This document shows positions 8,002 to 17,679 of a DNA stretch of 32,000 bases, in pieces. The stretch's first letter is position 1. Each line of letters opens with the position of its first letter. Origin of the DNA: Wolbachia endosymbiont of Cimex lectularius (GTDB lineage Bacteria; Pseudomonadota; Alphaproteobacteria; Rickettsiales; Anaplasmataceae); assembly GCF_000829315.1 (NCBI RefSeq), contig NZ_AP013028.1, forward strand, positions 540,001-572,000, given 5' to 3'. The notes below the pieces were generated by a model that saw only the letters and a program-made list of their open reading frames with translations, searched no databases and was not told the origin of the DNA. A program made the translations under genes and the position numbers.

Positions 8002-8033
8002 GTGACACGTACTTTAGTGCGTGTCATTTGTTT
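8002..8033 (+). terminator. Rho-independent terminator after tatA
   Basis: TGACACG (8003-8009) pairs with CGTGTCA (8020-8026). The hairpin is followed by TTTGTTT, 15 nt after the tatA stop. Confidence 0.6.
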
Positions 8034-8117
8034 AAAAACTTGAACTAGCTAAAGAATAGATTGAAATACTGCGGTAATTATGTTAGTTAGAAGGAATCAT
8101 TTTGTTAAAGGATAGTT

Positions 8118-8774
8118 GTGCAAAAAGGTGAGAAATTAGCCGAAAATAAAAAATTAGCTTCTGACATTCTAAAAGAGGTTGCAGACACCAACAATGCTAA
8201 TAGTGATAAAGTAACACTGTTTGACATAAAAACAGCTCTGCATGAGCGCGGTTTTGGTATTTTAATAATTATCTTCTCTTTGCCACTATCAGTACCTATA
8301 CCGGTCCCACCTGGCTATACAACTATACTTTCTATACCTCTAATCCTATTCTCACTGCAGCTTCTGTTGGGGTTTGATTCTCCTTGGATGCCTCACTGGT
8401 TGGAAAGAAAGTCTTTTCAACGTTCAACACTAGCTCTTGTGGTAGAAAAAACTTCTCCTGCTTTAAGAAAAATAGAAAAATTCATGAAACCGAGAATGTC
8501 TTTCATTTTCTGTGGGCCAGGTGAAAAGATTTTAGCTTTCATAATGCTGCTTTGTGCATTATCAATAGCCATTCCGCTGCCCCTAACTAACTTTATTCCT
8601 GCAATTGGCACAACTCTCATTTCACTTGGTATTATGAGTAAAGATGGGCTTCTCTCTATACTGGGGGTCTTAATGTCTTTGTGCGGGTTATTACTTACTG
8701 TTGTTGTAATAGTTAAAGGACCACAGCTCATACTTGGAGCATTTTCTTTTCTAAAAAGTTTTGTATATGGTTAG
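8118..8774 (+). CDS. ExoD-family membrane protein (exopolysaccharide synthesis ExoD-like)
   Basis: 218-aa protein with the ExoD-like layout: N-terminal ..VTLFDIKTALHERGFGILIIIFSLPLSVPIPVPPGYTTILSIPL.., then W.P.WL..R and several TM helices. Assigned from memory of the family pattern. Confidence 0.65.
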   Translation: MQKGEKLAENKKLASDILKEVADTNNANSDKVTLFDIKTALHERGFGILIIIFSLPLSVPIPVPPGYTTILSIPLILFSLQLLLGFDSPWMPHWLERKSFQRSTLALVVEKTSPALRKIEKFMKPRMSFIFCGPGEKILAFIMLLCALSIAIPLPLTNFIPAIGTTLISLGIMSKDGLLSILGVLMSLCGLLLTVVVIVKGPQLILGAFSFLKSFVYG

Positions 8775-8837
8775 GCTCTATAACACCTTAACAAAAAAAA
8801 AGAGCCTTTTATACCGATCGACAAAGATCATGTAAAA

Positions 8838-10139
8838 ATGTACGTTTGCGGACCAACGGTATATGACACGGCACACATAGGTAATGCGCGTTCTGTTGTT
8901 GTTTACGATGTATTATTTCAACTGCTTAAATTTTGTTATGGCAAAGTTACTTATGTGCGCAACATAACCGATATTGATGATAAGATAATCAACGCAGCAA
9001 GTGAGAAAAATAGCAGTATAGAAAGCATCAGCACATACTACACTAGGGCTTTTCACGAAGACATGAAAAGCATAAACTGTGCAGAGCCAACATATGAACC
9101 AAAAGCAACGGAAAATATAGATTGTATTATCAAATTAATTGAACATTTGCTGCAATCTGGTCATGCCTATGAATCCAATAAGCATGTATATTTTAGCGTA
9201 GAGTCTTACTCTGAGTACGGTGCTTTATCAGGGAAAAAAATTGATGAATTGGACCATGGCAACAGAGTTGAGGTTGGTGAAAACAAAAAGCATCCCGGAG
9301 ATTTTGTACTATGGAAACCTGCAAATGACATTGACTATAAGCTTTCAAGCTACTGGAGTAGTCCATGGGGAAAAGGAAGACCTGGATGGCATATAGAATG
9401 TTCAGCAATGTCACATGCTTACCTTGGTCAAGACTTTGACATTCACGGCGGCGGTATAGATTTACAATTTCCTCATCATGAGAATGAAATTGCACAGAGT
9501 AAATCTGCATTTGCCGGATCAGTATTTGCAAAATATTGGGTACACAACGGTTTTCTTACGGTAAATGAAGAAAAGATGAGCAAGTCTTTATTTAATATAG
9601 TCAAGGTAAGAGATCTACTCCATGACGGAATAAAGGGTGAAGTAATACGTCATGCACTGCTCAAAACTCACTATAGAAAACCACTTGATTGGACAAAAAA
9701 TGTTATTTCTGAGTCACAAAAAACTCTAAACAAGTTTTATCGGTTATTACGTGACGTGGACGTAATAACTATTGAGAAAAGTGATGCAGAAGTCTCTAAA
9801 GATTTCGTAGAGGTTTTAAAAAACGACTTAAATATCCCTGAAGCCTTAGTCATATTGCATGAAATGGCCACAAAAATCAATAGAACGAGTAACAAAAATG
9901 AGAAGCTCAAATTAACTGAGAGTTTCGTTAAGAGCGCAAGATTTATTGGTCTTCTCAGGTCAAGTTATCAAGAGTGGTTTACTGCTGGCGTGAGTCATCA
10001 AGAAATAGAAAGACTGATAGATTTAAGAAGGACAGCAAAACAAAACAAAGATTACGATACTGCAGACAAAATAAGAGAGCAACTAAAACAAATGGGAATC
10101 TCAATCTCTGATAACGAAGATGGTACAACGACCTTGTAA
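8838..10139 (+). CDS. cysS: Cysteinyl-tRNA synthetase; the conserved first ~24 codons lie upstream in another frame
   Basis: [19 protein letters not shown] (HIGH-type motif), WHIECSAM and EKMSKSLFN (KMSKS). The conserved N-terminus [24 protein letters not shown] starts at the ATG at 8767 and is joined only by a -1 shift in the A9 run at 8793-8801. Confidence 0.93.
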   Translation: [433 protein letters not shown]

Positions 10140-10145
10140 ACTTAT

Positions 10146-10559
10146 ATGGAAAATTATCTTCTGTTGTTCACAGATAACTTAATATCATCGCTGATCTTAC
10201 CTATATATCAAGGTTTTGTGTTTCATACTATATTGTATTTCAGGTCGTATTACAATCCACTACTTATGTTACTTTTTGGAGTATTGGGATCAAGCATCGG
10301 TGGGGTGGTTAATTGGTATTTAGGTAGAATAACAATTTCTATCAGGAAGTCATACCACAAACTAGAGAGCGGGCATAAAACACCAAAAATCATAAGAAAT
10401 CTACTGATCTGTACAGTTGCACTACTTTCGTGGGTGCCAGCACTTGGAAGCGCGATTCAAGTTTTATCAGGTTATTTTAAGCTAAACCTCAGTGTTTTTA
10501 CTTTGTTAACTATCCTATCCAACTTTTTCTACTTGTTATACCTCCTCATTACTGTTTAG
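10146..10559 (+). CDS. Small polytopic inner-membrane protein (YqaA/DedA VTT-domain-like)
   Basis: 137 aa with about 4 hydrophobic segments. The ..LFGVLGSSIGGVVNWYLGR.. block resembles the glycine-rich motif of YqaA/DedA proteins. The family call is tentative. Confidence 0.45.
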   Translation: MENYLLLFTDNLISSLILPIYQGFVFHTILYFRSYYNPLLMLLFGVLGSSIGGVVNWYLGRITISIRKSYHKLESGHKTPKIIRNLLICTVALLSWVPALGSAIQVLSGYFKLNLSVFTLLTILSNFFYLLYLLITV

Positions 10560-11406
10560 TAGCTTTTGTCTTACGCCCATCAATGCAGCTACAATTAGTA
10601 CTTTTATCATTACATTTTGGCGTTAAGTCAGGATAGAACGTAAGTATGGCATCATTCTTTCTCACAAACACCGATTGATAATTGTCATCTTCCATTTTAT
10701 ATAGGCACATTCCATCTTTTCCCAATGCCTTAAATGCTTTAGTTGCTGAGACTAAAATATCATCAGCATGAAGGTTATATGCATACCCATTTGGGCACTT
10801 AACTTTTACTTCTCCATCTTTTCCTAAATATTTCATTCCAAATGTATAAACTGGTGGATCAACTTCTAATTTATTGCACAGAGACTTATCATTCCAAATC
10901 GCACCTGCCCATTTATCTTCTTGAGCCTCAACGTACCTACCTACAAAATGCATACCACCAAGCCCCAATCTATCTGGCTCACCACAAAAAATATGTCCAA
11001 ACCCTATAGTTTCTTTTTCAATTCCGCTATTTGTAAACCAAATCTTAGTTAGTTCATCCTTGAATAACTCCAAGTCTGCATTTGGTGTAATCACTTGATG
11101 GTCGAGCCTATCATATATTCCTTCTACTACTTCTTGATGTTGCAGACAATTAAGCAAAATTCTGAAATCTTCTTTATCGGGGTGTGATCCCCAATCTCCA
11201 CAAACTTTTAACACTCCCCTATCAAAGTCAGTCAACTCCGGAAGTGGTGGAATGTAGTCTGGCCCCGCAGAATTTGTTTTGAAGAATGGCTCAAAATCAA
11301 TTCGTGAGTTTGGATCATTAAAGTGATGATCTTTAATATAAAAAACAAATCCTATTACCGGTATTATTAAGCATAAAATTAGCTTATTTTTCTTTGACAT
11401 AATCAC
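10549..11406 (-). CDS. Exported protein with XendoU-like (poly(U)-specific endoribonuclease family) motifs
   Basis: N-terminal signal or anchor MIMSKKNKLILCLIIPVIGFVFYI. Then FKDELTKIWF....GFGHIFCGEPDRLGLGGMHFVGRYVEAQ....VKVKCPNGY....AILTFYPDL, colinear with the XendoU blocks ..LW....GFEHVF.GE....G.HNW..FY..E....K.VGSSF....TAYP. From memory only; not searched. Confidence 0.5.
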   Translation of the reverse strand: MIMSKKNKLILCLIIPVIGFVFYIKDHHFNDPNSRIDFEPFFKTNSAGPDYIPPLPELTDFDRGVLKVCGDWGSHPDKEDFRILLNCLQHQEVVEGIYDRLDHQVITPNADLELFKDELTKIWFTNSGIEKETIGFGHIFCGEPDRLGLGGMHFVGRYVEAQEDKWAGAIWNDKSLCNKLEVDPPVYTFGMKYLGKDGEVKVKCPNGYAYNLHADDILVSATKAFKALGKDGMCLYKMEDDNYQSVFVRKNDAILTFYPDLTPKCNDKSTNCSCIDGRKTKATKQ

Positions 11407-11457
11407 GATACAGCTTTACAAAAAAAGCTAGGGTACAAATAACAATTTAAAAAAGCT

Positions 11458-12657
11458 TTAATCCGACGTTAATTGTAGTGCAACAACTCCTGGCATTCCG
11501 TCACCACTTAGCCAGCTTAAAAACGCCCCTCCACCAGTTGAAACATACGTAAAATCTTTATCAGTAAGACCTGCAGCATTTATTGCAGATAAACTATCTC
11601 CTCCCCCTATCACGCTAGTTAATTTTCCCTCGTGTGTCAAGCTACTTACGGTTTTCATCACCTCTATTGTGCCATTTGCAAAAGCTGAATGTTCAAAGAC
11701 ACCGATAGGTCCATTCCACAGCAGGGTTTTGCTGCTTGCTATTACACTGCTTATCGTGCTCAAGGTTTTAGGGCCGATATCCAAAATTACATCATCATCC
11801 AAAATGGATTCGGTGTTTCTTAAAACGCCAGTGTTGTAATCAGAGTTTACTGCAACTAAAGCATCTTCAGGTACAATTATTTTACAATTGTTTTTATTTG
11901 CTGTTTCAATAACACTATGAAGAAAATCCTCAACGCCACTTTGAAAGAAAGATTTGCCGATATTCACTCTATTGAACAACAAAAAATTGTTAGCAATTGC
12001 ACCACCAAGAACCAGATAATCGACCTTTTCTGCTAGTTTTATAAGCATTTTTATTTTAGTTGATATTTTAGCTCCCCCAACTATCGCAGTAATAGGTTTA
12101 GCGTCAAATGATATGGCCTTTTCAAGATACTTTAGCTCATCTTGTAAGCAAAATCCTGCATAGGAAAGCAAAAATTCTGTAATGCGTGAAATAGAAGCGT
12201 GGGCTCTGTGAGAGCAAGAAAATGCATCATTTACATATATATCTGCTAGTGATGCTAGTTGTTTAGCAAAATTCGAGTCATTCTGCTCCTCTCCTTTATA
12301 AAATCTCAGATTTTCCAGTAATATTACATCTCCTTTATCCATCTCATTTACTGCTTTTTGCACTTTTTCGCCAATGCAATCATTGACAAACTTTACCTTT
12401 TTATTTAATAGCTGCGATAAAGTTTCAACTATATTTTTTAGTGACAAACTATCGTTTTTGGCTTTTGGGCGTCCAAAATGTGATGTAATAATAACCTTTG
12501 CGCTCGCATTCACCAAATGCTGAATAGTAGGCAATGCTCTCAAAATACGAGTGGCATCATGAACCTTTCCATTTTTTACAGGAACATTAAAGTCAACTCT
12601 GAGTAAGACAGTTTTATCGTGAAAATCACAATTCTCCATGCTAGACACATTTATCAT
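11458..12657 (-). CDS. pgk: Phosphoglycerate kinase
   Basis: 399 aa with RVDFNVP, SHFGRPK, AFSCSHRAHAS and STGGGAFL motifs. Confidence 0.97.
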   Translation of the reverse strand: MINVSSMENCDFHDKTVLLRVDFNVPVKNGKVHDATRILRALPTIQHLVNASAKVIITSHFGRPKAKNDSLSLKNIVETLSQLLNKKVKFVNDCIGEKVQKAVNEMDKGDVILLENLRFYKGEEQNDSNFAKQLASLADIYVNDAFSCSHRAHASISRITEFLLSYAGFCLQDELKYLEKAISFDAKPITAIVGGAKISTKIKMLIKLAEKVDYLVLGGAIANNFLLFNRVNIGKSFFQSGVEDFLHSVIETANKNNCKIIVPEDALVAVNSDYNTGVLRNTESILDDDVILDIGPKTLSTISSVIASSKTLLWNGPIGVFEHSAFANGTIEVMKTVSSLTHEGKLTSVIGGGDSLSAINAAGLTDKDFTYVSTGGGAFLSWLSGDGMPGVVALQLTSD

Positions 12658-12680
12658 AAAACTAAGGAGCTATAAAATCA

Positions 12681-13709
12681 CTATACAGCAGTTTGACCTA
12701 AAGTAAATCGCTTGTGCGCCATCTTTGAAGTTGAGTATTGAAAATTAACTGGAGAATTGCGGATCACTTTGTGTATGTCATAACAAGCCATAGCGCTCTC
12801 AGCAAAGCCATTTAGTATCAACTTTAGTTTGCCTGAGTAAGTAGCTATATCTCCAATTGCATATATCCTATCTCTACTGGTTCTCAGTGTAGCCTGATCA
12901 ACAACTATACGGCTGTGTTCTAACTGTATGCCCCAATTGTTTATTGGACTCAAATTCATTGACAGCCCGAAAAATGGCAGTAAAAAATCAGCAGATATTT
13001 TTCTTTCTTCCTTGGAGGCAATGTTTTTCACTATCACTGCACTCAATTGCCCATTATTTCCGGCTAGTTCGTGTAATTGATATGGCGTTACAAGTTCTAT
13101 TTTTCCACTGCTTTCAAGTAATTCCAATTCATTTCTAGTTTTGGCAACACAACGAAATTCCTTTCTTCGATGTATCACATAAATTTTCTTTGCAACTTTA
13201 GAGAGCTCTATGGTCCAATCAGCCGCAGAATCCCCTCCTCCTGCGATGACTATAGTTTTATTCTGAAAATCAGAAATTTTATTTACGCTATAAAATATAG
13301 ATTTATTTTCATATTCTAATATACCGCCGAGGGGTGGGCGGTTAGGCTCAAACATTCCATTTCCTGCAGCAATGACAACAGCTTTGCATTTCACTTCTGT
13401 ACCTATGTTCGTTATTACAGTAAAGTTTTGACCGTCGTTATCCGAGATGTTTTCCACCTTTTGACTTAAGTGGTAAACAGGCTCAAATGGCGAAGCTTGC
13501 TCGATTAATTGTTCAATTAGCTTTTGAGCAGTAATTATAGGATAACCAGGTATATCGTATATCGGTTTTTCTGGGTAAAGAGCGGTACATTGCCCTCCCG
13601 CTTGATCTAAAATATCTATTATATGACATCTCATATCGAGCATTCCCGCTTGAAAAGCAGTGAATATTCCAACAGGTCCTGCACCTATTATTACAATGTC
13701 AGTTTCCAT
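12681..13709 (-). CDS. Ferredoxin--NADP(+) reductase, thioredoxin-reductase-like type
   Basis: IVIIGAGPVGIFTAF (FAD GxGxxG), GGQCTALYPEKPIYDIPGYP, IAGGGDSAADW (NADP site) and a C-terminal YAIGD. This pattern fits TrxR-type FNR and lacks the CxxC of true TrxR. Confidence 0.88.
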   Translation of the reverse strand: METDIVIIGAGPVGIFTAFQAGMLDMRCHIIDILDQAGGQCTALYPEKPIYDIPGYPIITAQKLIEQLIEQASPFEPVYHLSQKVENISDNDGQNFTVITNIGTEVKCKAVVIAAGNGMFEPNRPPLGGILEYENKSIFYSVNKISDFQNKTIVIAGGGDSAADWTIELSKVAKKIYVIHRRKEFRCVAKTRNELELLESSGKIELVTPYQLHELAGNNGQLSAVIVKNIASKEERKISADFLLPFFGLSMNLSPINNWGIQLEHSRIVVDQATLRTSRDRIYAIGDIATYSGKLKLILNGFAESAMACYDIHKVIRNSPVNFQYSTSKMAHKRFTLGQTAV

Positions 13710-13857
13710 ATCAGGTGATAATTTATTTAAATATTAGCTTTTTTTGCGAGCAAGGTCAATCGATTACAAATGTCAGATTCTCGCATAGTTTTTAACGGCG
13801 CGCTAGGCACATACCCAACATAAAAAAACTACTTGACAACTTTCGCCGTCACTCTTA

Positions 13858-14717
13858 GAACTTGTTTAAAATCTTCGTAACAGGAGAGAAATGAAGGAGA
13901 GGACTATCATCTGTAAGCTAGTGTTGAGCTTCCGCTCGCAATTTTTCCACAATCGCCTGCACTTTTCTAACCAGGCAAAAGAGCGTTCAACAACCCATCT
14001 TTTTGGCAATACGACGAAAGTGTGTAACTCACTTCGCTTTATTACTTCAACAGTCGCACCAATGATAGCTTTTATTTGTGTTGCAAAATTTTCTCCTGTG
14101 TAGCCAGCATCAACCAGTATGTTTTTAACTTCAGAGAGGTTTGCTTTAGCATTTTCGACCATTTTCACAGCACTGCTACGGTCAGTTGCTTCTGCCGTTG
14201 TTACATAAATTGCATGTGGCAAACCTTGTGTATCAACTGCAATATGGCGCTTTATCCCTGAAATCTTTTTACCTGCATCATAGCCTTTTTTTTCAGCAGT
14301 ATCTGCGTTTTTAACGCTTTGAGAATCAATTATACAAAAGCTAGTTTTCTCTTTCCGACCATTGCTGATACGGACCTCTCCAACTAATTTTTTTTAAGAC
14401 TAATTCCAACAAGCTTGGCTCTTCTCCATTCTTTTTACTCCACACTCGAAAATAGTAATATACGCTTTCCCATCTTGGAAAACCCTTTGGTAACATCCTC
14501 CACTGACAACCACTTTTTAAGACGTACAACACCCCACAAAATACATCATACAAATCAAGTTTTCTTGGTTTTGTTTTCTGCTTGCTACTCTCCAAAATTG
14601 GCCTGATTTTTTCAAACTGCTCTTGACTTATATTACTTGGATAACTTTTCTGCATAGACACCTCATTATTAATCTATGCTTACTTTACCTCACATTTCCA
14701 AGATTTTAAACAGGTTC
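13858..14717 (-). mobile_element. IS5-family insertion sequence, copy 2 (860 bp)
   Basis: It matches copy 1 except for one base in the orfB-side inverted repeat (GAACTTG instead of GAACCTG) and one synonymous change in orfA (GAC to GAT). 3-bp direct repeats TTA at 13855-13857 and 14718-14720. Confidence 0.92.
13866..14661 (-). CDS. IS5-family DDE transposase orfA (14341-14661) plus orfB (13866 to about 14393)
   Basis: Protein identical to copy 1. The A8 recoding run is T8 at 14388-14395 on the plus strand. The second homopolymer is T8 at 14286-14293, as in copy 1. Confidence 0.85.
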
Positions 14718-15286
14718 TTATAATGGTACTGAAGCTATTTGTTTAACTTCCCAATCTGTGCAGGTTAAAATGACAAGAAAACTTGTATTTGGCGTACTAT
14801 TGTTTAATTTTTCGCACTATGTGCACTGCATGTCTTTTTAAAACTACGGGTTTTTACCCATACAAGCTGAAACGCGCTTATAAGTCGTTTAAGACAGTAT
14901 AGAACGTCAAATAGACAAGGGAGAATTTGAATACTAGCTGCCTCAGGGTTTTTTGCCTTTTTTTCCGCCAGTAAAATTCTTAACGTTTACAGTTTTGGTT
15001 AGTTGCATTTAAAAGTAGCTGAATCGTAGCGCTGAGAATAAAAACGCCGATATTTGAGGTACATATAAATAATTAGCCACCGACCGGGGCTTCTTTTGCC
15101 TTTTTTTCTGCTTAGTTTAGGTTATGCAAGAAGTCTGATGTGAAACATATGAAAACAAAGTTAATGACGGAACCCATTAATGTTGACTCTGCCACTTCTT
15201 CAAACGGAGTATTCCCAGCAGTTTTGGTAAAATAATGAAAAATATTCTTTGCTAAACGCTTTAGATGCGCTACTTTTATCCATCGA

Positions 15287-16464
15287 TTGAAAATTTTGAA
15301 TGTGTTACTACCCTTTCTATTAATCTTATCTTTAATTGCCGAATTCATTGGAGTCGGTATTTCCATGCCTAGCTTTCCAGATATGGTGCGCTATTTCAAT
15401 GTATCAAAAGGTACAATTCAGTTGACCGTTTCTTATCATTTTCTAGGCTTTTGCATAGGAGGGTTGTTTTTTGGTCCATTTTCTGAATGCTATGGCCGGA
15501 GGAGAATTATGATCGTAGGCAACGCCTTGTTATTAATAGGTGCTGTTGGCTGCGTTTTTGCGCCGTCGATTTTTTGGCTTTTAACCTCTCGCTTTATTCA
15601 AGGTATAGGTAGCAGTACATCCGCAATCGTACTTGCAATTGTTGCAGACAACTATAAAGGTAGCGAGGCGGTGAAATTTATCGGAATTATGAATTCTGTT
15701 CTCTAGTTGTTCTGGCAATTGCGCCAATTTTAGGTAGTCTCATCAATGAAATTGTAGGATGGCGTGGCAATTATGCAAGTGTTGCAATAATTTGCTTGAT
15801 CTCTTGGTTTTTTTTGCTCTTAGCGTTACCAGAAACAGGAAAGGGTCGTAATATTTTCAGTTTGAAAAAAATAATGAAGGATTACATAAAATTATTGTCT
15901 AGTTCAAAATTTGTGGCGCTATCTTTGATACTAGGCCTGTTTTCTGCTGCTTATATGTCATTTATCACTTGTGGACCTTTTTTATGCATGGAGACTTTTG
16001 GTTTACCTAGCGCTATTTACGCATTACATCAAGGTGCAATAGTTGGATGCTTCTCACTTGTCAGCCTGTTTGCTAGTAAAATCCTGCAGAAATTTGGAGA
16101 AATATGGTGTGTCATTTCTGGTACGAGCGTGATTGCTATCGGATCCCTATTGCTTGTGATATTCAGTGTAACTGTGCCACATTCTTCTTACTTAATGACA
16201 CTATCTATGATTGTTTTTTGCATTGGCTATGCAACTTGCCAAGCAGTTATTTTTAACATATCAATGAATATTTTTCCTGAAATCAAAGGTATAGCTTCTT
16301 CTACAGTCTCATCTGTTAGAACCTTTATTATGGCTATTGTTATCGGTTTGGTGAGCTATGTTTACAACGGTCAAGCAATTAGTGTAGCTATTCTTGTTCT
16401 ATCTGCAGTAGTGTTAGGACCTATTTTTACTGCCTATTTATTGCTTTTAAAAGATCCTGTGTAA
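15287..16464 (+). pseudogene. MFS transporter (Bcr/CflA-type drug efflux family), split by a 1-nt frameshift
   Basis: ORF 15287-15706 contains GPFSECYGRRRIMIVG and RFIQGIGSS (MFS motifs A and C regions). It ends ..IGIMNSVL*, while the adjacent frame continues (S)LVVLAIAPILGSLINEIVGWRGNYASVAIICL into ORF 15796-16464. The break is at about 15700-15706, with no homopolymer. Confidence 0.8.
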
Positions 16465-16480
16465 TTGTTCTATTGTGGCT

Positions 16481-17560
16481 TTAACTCTCTCCCGCCAACC
16501 TTTCTGCTTTGTTGCGTGAAATTAATGCTTCAATAAATTCGTCTAGTTCGCCCTCTTTTATAATTTGCTCTAGCCGATGTGAAGTAAGATTAATTCTATG
16601 GTCTGTTATTCTTGATTGTGGAAAGTTATAAGTTCTTATGCGTTCAGAACGATCTCCAGAGCCTATTTGGCTTTTCCTCATTGTTGACCTTTCCATTTCT
16701 TTTTTTTGTCTTTCAATTTCATATAATCTTGCTCTCAATACTTTGAGCGCTTTAGCTTTATTTTTGTGCTGCGATTTTTCATCTTGCTGTATTACAACTA
16801 TTCCTGTCGGCAGGTGAGTAACTCTTACTGCGCTGTCAGTTGTGTTTACTGACTGTCCTCCAGGGCCGCTAGACCTGTAAACATCTATTCGTAGGTCTTT
16901 CTCCTCTATTGTAAAATCGACCTCCTCAACTTCAGGTAATATGGCAACAGTAGCTGCCGAAGTGTGTAGCCTTCCCGAGGATTCAGTTTCTGGTACCCTC
17001 TGCACCCTATGTACTCCCGATTCAAATTTCAACCTTGCAAAAACTTCTGTGCCATTGATAAGTGCAGAAGCTTCCTTATAACCACCTATACCTGTACTGG
17101 AAATGCTTATTGGCTCAAATTTCCAATTTCTCCTTTCTGCATATTTTTGGTACATGCGGAATAACATTGCTGCAAATAATGCCGCTTCTTCTCCTCCTGT
17201 ACCTGCTCTGATTTCTAATATCGCGTTTCTTGAATCGTCTTCATCTTTAGGCAATAGCGCTAATTTTAGCTTGGCTTTTACTTGTGGTAATGATACCTTT
17301 TGCTTCTCAAGAAGTTCTTCTTTTGCTAACTCTTTTATATCATATTCGCTATTTTCATCTTTGATTATTTCCTCTAAGTCTGAAATTTCTTCTTTCAGCG
17401 TGTTATATTCATCGATTATCCGGATAATCGGCCTGAGTTCAGAGTATTCTTTTGAAAAGTTGATAAATTCTTTTTGACTTAAATTGGTAGGATTTTCTAA
17501 TCTCCTTTCTATATCATTAAATTTTTTCTTCAAATCTTGTAAATTGTTTTCTATATCCAT
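16481..17560 (-). CDS. prfA: Peptide chain release factor 1
   Basis: 359 aa with the tripeptide recognition region RVPETES (RF1-type PxT) and the GGQ motif [24 protein letters not shown]. Confidence 0.96.
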   Translation of the reverse strand: MDIENNLQDLKKKFNDIERRLENPTNLSQKEFINFSKEYSELRPIIRIIDEYNTLKEEISDLEEIIKDENSEYDIKELAKEELLEKQKVSLPQVKAKLKLALLPKDEDDSRNAILEIRAGTGGEEAALFAAMLFRMYQKYAERRNWKFEPISISSTGIGGYKEASALINGTEVFARLKFESGVHRVQRVPETESSGRLHTSAATVAILPEVEEVDFTIEEKDLRIDVYRSSGPGGQSVNTTDSAVRVTHLPTGIVVIQQDEKSQHKNKAKALKVLRARLYEIERQKKEMERSTMRKSQIGSGDRSERIRTYNFPQSRITDHRINLTSHRLEQIIKEGELDEFIEALISRNKAERLAGES

Positions 17561-17679
17561 AAAGCTCAGATCTAATATTTTAACTGCTTAAGTAAACAAT
17601 ATATGCTTGAAATAAAAAATTTTTTATATCAAGCAATAACATTATAATATACATACTACCTTAGATATTTCTATATATA

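Larger units (their letters stand above)
13822..15136 (+). repeat. Non-coding repeat R2, split by IS copy 2 (R2 proper is 13822-13857 plus 14721-15136)
   Basis: After removing the IS and one TTA it reads AAAAAAACTACTTGACAACTTTCGCCGTCACTCTTATAATGGTACTGAAGCTATTTG.... It is colinear with R1 to the shared end AGGTTATGCAAGAAGTCT at 15119-15136. TTGACA lies at 13833-13838. Confidence 0.8.

Noticed and set aside
5059-14717. Composite transposon formed by the directly repeated IS copies 1 and 2 flanking tRNA-Arg, the ABC ATPase, tatA, exoD-like, cysS, the XendoU-like gene, pgk and fnr.
   Set aside because: Each IS has its own matching 3-bp duplication (TAA/TAA and TTA/TTA), showing independent simple insertions. 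The enclosed genes are core housekeeping genes in ordinary context.
15112-15366. 84-aa minus-strand ORF upstream of the MFS gene.
   Set aside because: It overlaps the R2 tail and the 5' end of the MFS gene on the opposite strand. It has no motifs and is most likely spurious.
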